From: Myxococcota bacterium
GTDB lineage: Bacteria; Myxococcota_A; Polyangia; Polyangiales; Sandaracinaceae
Direction: 5' to 3'
Length of the DNA stretch: 64,000 nucleotides
NCBI GenBank assembly: GCA_036149055.1
Contig: JAYZQJ010000014.1
Span: 1-64,000 of the forward strand
In this document: one piece after another, positions 56,286-64,000 of the stretch
How positions within the stretch are numbered: position 1 is the stretch's first letter
How the letters are laid out: every line of letters begins with the position of its first letter
The notes under the pieces: model-generated
The model's input: the letters and a program-made list of their open reading frames with translations, nothing else
What the model was told of the DNA's origin: nothing
The model's database searches: none
Position numbers and translations under genes: made by a program

Positions 56286-57212
56286 CTATCCGCGGGCCTC
56301 CGCGATGGCGGCGCGGGCGGCCTCGAAGTCGTCCGGGCCCTGGACACTGACGCAGGGCACGTCCTTGGCGATCCGCTTGATCATGCCCTTGAGCGCAGAC
56401 CCGGCGCCGATCTCGACGAAGAGGCCGACCCCGTCCTTCACCATGCGCTCGACCGACTCGGTCCAGCGCACCGGGCGGGCCACCTGGCGCCGCAGGGCGT
56501 CGCGGGCCTCGTCGGCGGTGCTCACCGGGGCCGCGTCGACGTTCACGTACACCGGGAGGGCCGGATCGACGAAGGCGATCTCGGCCAGGTGCGGCGCGAG
56601 CGCCTCTTCGGCCGGCTTCATCATCGAGCAGTGGAAGGGCGCGCTGACCGGGAGCGGCATCGCGCGGCCCTTGAGCGCCTTGACCTTCTCGCCGGCCGCG
56701 GCGACCGCGTCGACCTGCCCCGCGATGACCACCTGCCCGGGCGAGTTGTAGTTGACCGGCTCGACGATGCCGTCGGTCTCTTCGCAGATCTGGCGGACCT
56801 GATCGTCCTCGAGCTTGAGGATGGCGGCCATCGCGCCCTCCCCCACCGGCACCGCGTCCTGCATGAACTGGCCACGCTTGCGCACGAGGCGGACCGCGTC
56901 CTCGAAGCGGAGCGAGCCGGCGCACACGTGGGCGCTGTACTCCCCGAGGCTGTGGCCGGCGGCCACGTCCGGCGTCTCGCCGAGCGCCCGGAGCAGCGCC
57001 ACCGAGTTGGTGAGGATGGCCGGCTGGGTGTTGGCGGTGAGCTTGAGGTCCTCCTCGGGGCCCTCGAAGCAGAGCCGGCTGAGCGACTCCTCGAGCGCGC
57101 GGTCGGCGGCCTCGAAGACCACCCGCGCCACCTCGGAGGCCTCGACCGCCTCCTTGCCCATCCCGACCTTCTGCGACCCCTGACCGGGGAACACGAACGC
57201 GACCTTCGACAT
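56286..57212 (-). CDS. fabD: Malonyl-CoA:ACP transacylase
   Basis: [24 protein letters not shown]. Confidence 0.96.
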   Translation of the reverse strand: MSKVAFVFPGQGSQKVGMGKEAVEASEVARVVFEAADRALEESLSRLCFEGPEEDLKLTANTQPAILTNSVALLRALGETPDVAAGHSLGEYSAHVCAGSLRFEDAVRLVRKRGQFMQDAVPVGEGAMAAILKLEDDQVRQICEETDGIVEPVNYNSPGQVVIAGQVDAVAAAGEKVKALKGRAMPLPVSAPFHCSMMKPAEEALAPHLAEIAFVDPALPVYVNVDAAPVSTADEARDALRRQVARPVRWTESVERMVKDGVGLFVEIGAGSALKGMIKRIAKDVPCVSVQGPDDFEAARAAIAEARG

Positions 57213-57222
57213 GGGCGGCGTA

Positions 57223-57831
57223 TTAGCCGCGGAAGGAATGCTCGTGCAACCGCTCCAGCACGAAGTAGTTCGTCGGGATGCGCAGGCCGAGGATGTTCAG
57301 GTACGCCTTGCCGAGCAGGAGGGTCGGGTCGTCGGGGTAGACCTGGACCAGGTAGTCGCGCAGCGGCGGGCCGAAGAGCCCGTTGCCGCCCAGCGAGTAG
57401 TCGAGCAGCAGGGCGTTCGGGTACTTGTCGTCGGCGCTGCCCTCGACCGGCCGGTGGACCCGGTAGAACCCGAAGCGCTTCGGGTTCTCCCTGGACGGCT
57501 CGAGCTGGTGCGGGGCGTCGTCGGCGTCGTTCTTCGCCGGGATGTTGTAGCCCTGGATGAAGGGCTCCGGGCCCTTCGCGCTCCGCGGCGGGCCCTCGTA
57601 GAAGCCCTTCACGAACTTCCGGATGCCGATCAGCCGGTAGATCGGCGGCGTGTTGCCGCCCCGGAACTCCCAGCCGGCGAGCTCCTCGAGCTTCGGCGCG
57701 ACGCCGCTCCGCATGATCAGCTCGCGCTGACCGTTGGACATGTCGCGCAGGATCCCCAGCCAGTCGTAGCGTTCTCCGGCGGGGGTGAGCGCGGCCTTCG
57801 GCCGCTCGGCGAGGGCGGTGGAGGAGCTCAT
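57223..57831 (-). CDS. Hypothetical protein
   Basis: GWEFRG.N, KFVKGF, LRDYLV, LLLGKAY; co-oriented in an operon. Confidence 0.8.
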   Translation of the reverse strand: MSSSTALAERPKAALTPAGERYDWLGILRDMSNGQRELIMRSGVAPKLEELAGWEFRGGNTPPIYRLIGIRKFVKGFYEGPPRSAKGPEPFIQGYNIPAKNDADDAPHQLEPSRENPKRFGFYRVHRPVEGSADDKYPNALLLDYSLGGNGLFGPPLRDYLVQVYPDDPTLLLGKAYLNILGLRIPTNYFVLERLHEHSFRG

Positions 57832-57874
57832 CGGGCAAGAGGTTGAACCAGTTCGCCCGAGCTGTCCACCGGCA

Positions 57875-58315
57875 CTAACTCGCGTGCTTCTCGATCAGGC
57901 CGCCGAGGCGCGGGACGGCCGCCTCGACGTGGCCCTTCGCGGCGCCGCGGAGCTTCGAGTAGGTCTTCTTCACCAGCTTGTTCTGGCTGCGCTCGGCCTT
58001 GCCGTCGGTGATGGCGAGCAGGCCCTCGGCCACGCGGCCCTTGTTGGCGATGAAGTGCGGACCGATCGGCTTCTCCGCCGCCTTCGCCTCCTGGTAGACG
58101 GGGTCGACCGCGTCGGCGAACTCGGGGAGGAGGTCGTTCACGACCTTCTTCACGAAGCCGGGCTTCACGCCCTGCACGGCCTTGTACCCCGCCTTGAGGG
58201 CCATGCCGCTGAGGCCGCTCTTGTCGGCCACCTCGGCGTCGATGATCTGGATGCAGTCGTCGACGACCTGCGACTTCTTCTCCGGGCTGTTCAGCACTTC
58301 GGCGAGCTTCGTCAT
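57875..58315 (-). CDS. Conserved helical hypothetical protein (DUF6918-like)
   Basis: EVADKSGLSG.ALK.GY, LLP.F, LL.ITD.KA, Y.KLR..A..HV.AA.P. Confidence 0.8.
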   Translation of the reverse strand: MTKLAEVLNSPEKKSQVVDDCIQIIDAEVADKSGLSGMALKAGYKAVQGVKPGFVKKVVNDLLPEFADAVDPVYQEAKAAEKPIGPHFIANKGRVAEGLLAITDGKAERSQNKLVKKTYSKLRGAAKGHVEAAVPRLGGLIEKHAS

Positions 58316-58359
58316 GGAGCCGTCTTTAGCCACGAACGCCGGCCTGTCGAGCCGGGAGC

Positions 58360-59886
<1,527 letters not shown>

Positions 59887-59909
59887 CGCTCGCGGATGCT
59901 ATTCGACCT

Positions 59910-62384
59910 TCACTCGATGAGCGAGCAACGAACTTCCTCGAAGACGGCCGCGTTGTTTCCTTCTCGACACTCGCCGGTCTCGCCCTCGTCGTCCGGCACC
60001 ACCCAGAGCGTGATCCCGGGCTCCTCGGTGGTCGGCGTGGCCCACACGCAGGTCACCCGCTCGCAGTCCCCGGGGTCGAGCACGCTGCGGGTCCGGGCCT
60101 GACAGAGGCGGGCGCCGCCCACCGACGGATCGCCCTCGTAGAAGCCGACCGAGAGCCCGTCGCCCACCGGCTCGGTGCCGCGGTTGCAGACGAGCGCCTC
60201 GAGGGTGGCGGTGCCGTCCGCGGCGCAGGAGATCGGGGCGTCGCCGCGGCTGGTGAGATCGGGGGCCGCGTCCGGGCGCCCCTCGCCCTGCACGTTCTGG
60301 CGGAAGTTGTTGAGCGAGGGGTCGCGCCAGTTGTCGCTCACCGCCGAGAGCGCCGGGACCGTGCCGTCCTCGTTCACGTTGGTCACGTGGTAGGCGTGCT
60401 GGTTCCAGATCCGGCGCGAGCCGACCCAGCGATCGGCGCGATCGGCGTAGACCCGGATGCCGAGCGTGCCGCGCGGCCGCGACGCCCGGCAGGTGTTGCC
60501 GCTCCCGGGCGTGCCGGCGGGGGGCGCCTCGCAGACGAAGGCCGCGCGCGCGCAGCCCGCGCCGCTGCAGCACTCGTCGTCGATCGTGCAGCGGCAGAAG
60601 CCGGCGTCGCAGGTCCCGCTCAGGCAGTCGGCGTTCTCGGCGCAGCGCAGCCCGGTGAAGAGCGGGTCGGTGTTGCGCGCCCCGAGGCCGAAGCCCGAGC
60701 AGTCCCGGCCGCTGTCGGCCGAGCCGCAGTTGAAGTTGTCCCCGATGACGATCTCGGCGTTGAAGTCGCCGTCGACGTCGGCGATGACCGGGTTCTCGTA
60801 CCAGGTGCAGCTCGAGCGGCTCTGGCTGAAGATGACGTCGCCGCTCCGGCCGTCGTAGACGCGCACGAAGCACTCGTCGCCGTAGACCACCTCGGCCCGG
60901 CCGTCGCCCTCGAAGTCGAACACGCTCGAGCCGGTCACGTTGCTCGACGCGTCCTGCGAGCGCTGCGACCAGAGCACCCCGGTGGTGGAGCCGCTCGGGC
61001 ACTCGCCGATGGGGGTCCCGAGGCAGTCGAGGTCGAAGACCGCGTAGGCGTTGGCGCCGGCGCTCGCGACCTCGGGCCGGCCGTCCCCGTCGAAGTCGGC
61101 CACGGTGGGCGGGCCGCCGGTGCCGCCGCCCGGGATGTCGACCGGGCCGAAGACGATCGTGCCGTCGAGGGTCTGGACGCGGACCTGCCCGGTGCTGACC
61201 ACCGCCACCTCCGGGGTCTCGGCCGGCCAGGCCGCCCCGCCGGGGAAGTCGCCGAAGTCCGCGAGGGCCACGTGCCCCGCCGGGGTGCCGCCGGTGGCGT
61301 AGGCCTCGGCGTCCCACTGACGGGTGGCGCCGTTCCACTGCCAGACGCCCTGGCCGGCCACGAACTCGGCCACGCCGTCCGCGTCGACGTCCTCGACCAC
61401 CGCGAAGATGCCCGCCGAGTACGGCAGCAGGCCCAGGGTCACGCCGTCGATCAGCCGGCCCTGCGCGTCGAGCACGATCCCGCCGCGGAGGACCTCGGGC
61501 ACCCCGTCGTCGTCGAGGTCGTAGAGCGAGGGGCCCGACCACCCGGAGCCGGTCGGCTCGTAGGGGGTGCTGCCGTCGGCCAGCGTCGAGCGCCAGAGCA
61601 CCGTCCAGGCGCCCGCGGTCTCGTCGTAGGTGAAGGCCACGAGCCCGCCGTTCGCCTTGTTGGCCACGATCTCGGGCCGGCCGTCGCCGTCGAGATCGCC
61701 CACCGCGGGCGGGGAGCTGTGGCTGACCAGCTGGAGCGAGCCGAGCTCCGCCTGCTGGGCGCAGGTCGCGCCGTCGAGGATCCGGATCACGCCCTCGGGG
61801 CGCTCGCTGCCGCCGTCGCCGCCGTCGTCGAAGACGGCCACGATCGAGGGCCGCGGCGGGTCTCCGGCGGCGCGCCCGACGCGGAAGTCGACCACCATCG
61901 GGGTGGTGAGCACGTGCACGTTCGCCGGGAAGGCGTCGCCGGCCGGGGCCTCGAAGAACTCGCACTGCACGGTCGGCGCGAAGGTGCCGGCCACGATCAG
62001 GCGGCTGCACTCGGGGTCGGAGCCCATGTCGTCCCAGGGCACGCACCGGCCGAGGGTCTCGTCGCAGAAGCTGTCGCCGAGGCACTCGTCGTCGCTCGCG
62101 CACGGGGCGCCTCCGGGCACGCAGGCGTCGTCCCGGCAGACCTCGCCGGCCGCGCAGCAGGCGTCGGCGCAGGGCACGTCGCAGGCCGGCGCTCCGTCGG
62201 GCAGCGGGGCCCGGGCGTCGTCGGGCGCGGCCGCGTCCGGGGCCGGCTCGCAGCGCCCGTCGACGCAGCGCTCGCCGGCCGCGCAGTCGGCGGCGGAGGC
62301 GCAGGTGTCGGGGGTCGGGCCGCTGCAGTCGCAGCCGGCGACGAAGAGGAGGGCCCCGAGGTACAGCGATGAGACCAAGCGCAT
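59910..62384 (-). CDS. Cys-rich lipoprotein with an FG-GAP/VCBS beta-propeller and a CARDB-like C-terminus
   Basis: VAGC lipobox; DLDGDGRPEIV, DFDGDGRPE, DFEGDGRAE, DVDGDFNAE; WNQHAYHVTN; VCNRG...EC.E.NN. Confidence 0.9.
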   Translation of the reverse strand: MRLVSSLYLGALLFVAGCDCSGPTPDTCASAADCAAGERCVDGRCEPAPDAAAPDDARAPLPDGAPACDVPCADACCAAGEVCRDDACVPGGAPCASDDECLGDSFCDETLGRCVPWDDMGSDPECSRLIVAGTFAPTVQCEFFEAPAGDAFPANVHVLTTPMVVDFRVGRAAGDPPRPSIVAVFDDGGDGGSERPEGVIRILDGATCAQQAELGSLQLVSHSSPPAVGDLDGDGRPEIVANKANGGLVAFTYDETAGAWTVLWRSTLADGSTPYEPTGSGWSGPSLYDLDDDGVPEVLRGGIVLDAQGRLIDGVTLGLLPYSAGIFAVVEDVDADGVAEFVAGQGVWQWNGATRQWDAEAYATGGTPAGHVALADFGDFPGGAAWPAETPEVAVVSTGQVRVQTLDGTIVFGPVDIPGGGTGGPPTVADFDGDGRPEVASAGANAYAVFDLDCLGTPIGECPSGSTTGVLWSQRSQDASSNVTGSSVFDFEGDGRAEVVYGDECFVRVYDGRSGDVIFSQSRSSCTWYENPVIADVDGDFNAEIVIGDNFNCGSADSGRDCSGFGLGARNTDPLFTGLRCAENADCLSGTCDAGFCRCTIDDECCSGAGCARAAFVCEAPPAGTPGSGNTCRASRPRGTLGIRVYADRADRWVGSRRIWNQHAYHVTNVNEDGTVPALSAVSDNWRDPSLNNFRQNVQGEGRPDAAPDLTSRGDAPISCAADGTATLEALVCNRGTEPVGDGLSVGFYEGDPSVGGARLCQARTRSVLDPGDCERVTCVWATPTTEEPGITLWVVPDDEGETGECREGNNAAVFEEVRCSLIE

Positions 62385-62440
62385 GGCGCCATTCTATCGG
62401 GTTCTTCCTTCGGGGCGCATGCCCGATGTACTCTGCGCGC

Positions 62441-63685
62441 GTGGCGGAGCCGACCGACCTCGTGGTCATCGGGCCCGACGGCAGCGTACGCGTCGCGGGT
62501 CGAGGGGCGGAGCGGCGGCTCCGGGATCGACCGGGGCGCTACCGCCTCGTGGTCGACGCGCCCGGCCTGCTCATCCTGAAGGGCGAGGAGGGCGCGAGCT
62601 CCCGCGGCGCGCGGGTCGCGATGGCCGGCGAGCTGCTCAGCCGCAACTCCGCGCTCGAGGTGCTCAACCTGGTGGCGAGCGCCAACTGGCGCGGCGAGCT
62701 CCACATCTTCTCCGAGGACGCCCACCGCACGCTGGCCATCGACCAGGGCGCCCTGAAGTACGCCCACAGCGATCACCCGGACGATCGGCTCGGCCAGGTC
62801 CTCTACCGCAACGGCACCCTCAGCCGCGTGCAGCTCGACGAGCTGCTCCGCGAGGTCGGCCCGGAGAAGCGGCTGGGGCAGCTCCTCATCGACCGGGAGC
62901 TGATCAGCCAGGAGAAGCTCTTCTCCGAGCTGCAGAAGCAGGTGGAGCAGATCTTCTTCTCGGCGCTGATCGCGCGCTCGGGTCACTACGTCTTCGCGGT
63001 GCTCGACGAGGGCACCGAGCCGCCGCACCACACGGTGCACCTGCCGGTCCAGGCGCTCCTGATGGAGGGGGTGCAGCGCATCGACGAGATGGCGCTCTTC
63101 CGGGAGCGCATCCCGCACGACGACGTCTGCCCGGTCGTGCAGCCCAAGGCCACGTCGATGACGCTCGACGAGAACGCGCAGCTGGTGCTGACCTACGCCG
63201 ACGGCGCCCGCACCATCGAGGACATCGCCCGCGAGACGGGGCTCGGTCAGTTCATGACCATCAAGAGCCTCTACGGGATGCTGCAGCAGGGGGGCGTGGT
63301 CCTCAGGCCGCGCAAGACCGTCGACGCCGACGGGGTCAAGCGGCTGGTGCGCGCCTTCAACGACGTCCTGCGCGACATCTTCATGGCGGTGGCGACCTAC
63401 GGCGGCATCGACCAGACGCGATCGACCCTCGAGGCCTGGATCGCGGGCTCCGGCTACGGCCCGATCTTCGGCGAGCAGGTGGAGGAGGACGGATCGATCT
63501 CGGTGCTGCGCACCGTGCACGCGATGAACGCCGTCGACGTGGAGAACCCGATGGAGGCGCTCCACCAGGCGCTGCACGAGCTGGCCGCCTTCGCGCTCTT
63601 CGCCGCGACCACCACGCTGCCCCGCGACCAGGAGCTGGCCCTCTCGCGCGACGTGAACACGCGGCTCAAGCGCATCCGGATCTGA
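62441..63685 (+). CDS. DUF4388 (PatA_N-like) protein with tandem MshEN motifs
   Basis: MAGEL...EVLNLV...RGEL; RLGQVL...RLGQLL; LLMEGVQRIDE. Confidence 0.85.
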   Translation: MAEPTDLVVIGPDGSVRVAGRGAERRLRDRPGRYRLVVDAPGLLILKGEEGASSRGARVAMAGELLSRNSALEVLNLVASANWRGELHIFSEDAHRTLAIDQGALKYAHSDHPDDRLGQVLYRNGTLSRVQLDELLREVGPEKRLGQLLIDRELISQEKLFSELQKQVEQIFFSALIARSGHYVFAVLDEGTEPPHHTVHLPVQALLMEGVQRIDEMALFRERIPHDDVCPVVQPKATSMTLDENAQLVLTYADGARTIEDIARETGLGQFMTIKSLYGMLQQGGVVLRPRKTVDADGVKRLVRAFNDVLRDIFMAVATYGGIDQTRSTLEAWIAGSGYGPIFGEQVEEDGSISVLRTVHAMNAVDVENPMEALHQALHELAAFALFAATTTLPRDQELALSRDVNTRLKRIRI

Positions 63686-63688
63686 CCC

Positions 63689-64000
63689 TTGAAGACCGTG
63701 CTCAGCTGGAGCAGCGGCAAGGACTCCGCCTGGGCCCTGCACACGCTGCGCGCCGATCCGTCGGTGGAGGTCGTCGGCCTGCTGACGACGGTGAACGCCG
63801 AGGCCCAGCGGGTGGCGATGCACGGGGTGCGGCGCGCGCTCCTCCAGCGGCAGGCCGAGGCGGTGGGGCTGCCGCTCGACGTGGTGGAGCTGCCCTGGCC
63901 CTGCTCGAACGAGGACTACGAGGCGCGCATGCGCGGCGCGATCGAGCGCGCGAAGGCCCTCGGCGCGGAGGCCTTCGCCTTCGGGGATCTCTTCCTCGAG
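63689..64000 (+). CDS. PP-loop adenine nucleotide alpha-hydrolase (diphthamide synthase/MJ0570-like), truncated by the window end
   Basis: LSWSSGKDS, MHGVR, QAEAVGLPL, FGDLFLE; not in the ORF track because it has no stop in the window. Confidence 0.88.
   Translation, partial: MKTVLSWSSGKDSAWALHTLRADPSVEVVGLLTTVNAEAQRVAMHGVRRALLQRQAEAVGLPLDVVELPWPCSNEDYEARMRGAIERAKALGAEAFAFGDLFLE

Noticed and set aside
56286..57212. Trans-AT of a polyketide cluster
   Set aside because: No KS, ACP or NRPS genes nearby; an ordinary FabD, although separated from other fab genes

Overview
A very GC-rich, gene-dense chromosomal segment. Gene content (MYXO-CTERM, TraB-like barrel with TSP3 repeats, PEGA, DUF4388, several Ser/Thr kinases, Cys-rich lipoproteins, CdnL) points to Myxococcota, probably a Polyangiales/Sandaracinus-like lineage (inference). 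It holds about 55 real CDSs: housekeeping genes (cdnL, recA, cinA, glmS, lolA, secA, hppA, fabD) plus envelope, secreted and signalling proteins. Most other long ORFs in the track are GC-driven shadow frames. I saw no rRNA, tRNA, CRISPR array, prophage or transposase. Most interesting: (1) an unannotated ~340-nt minus-strand non-coding unit (37011-37352) with a consensus sigma-54 promoter, a candidate enhancer palindrome, an intrinsic terminator and 14 GCUU motifs, a candidate new myxobacterial sponge or regulatory sRNA; (2) a surface protein (M23-like peptidase plus CW_binding_2 repeats) whose internal MYXO-CTERM runs straight into a second lipoprotein signal, a possible two-in-one polyprotein; (3) two tandem 169-bp (C)TAG-bounded palindromic elements and a second dispersed REP-like repeat; (4) frequent leaderless-type TANNNT-(6-8 nt)-start architecture; (5) a frameshifted Cys-rich lipoprotein. 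All calls come from reading motifs by eye; no database searches were run.
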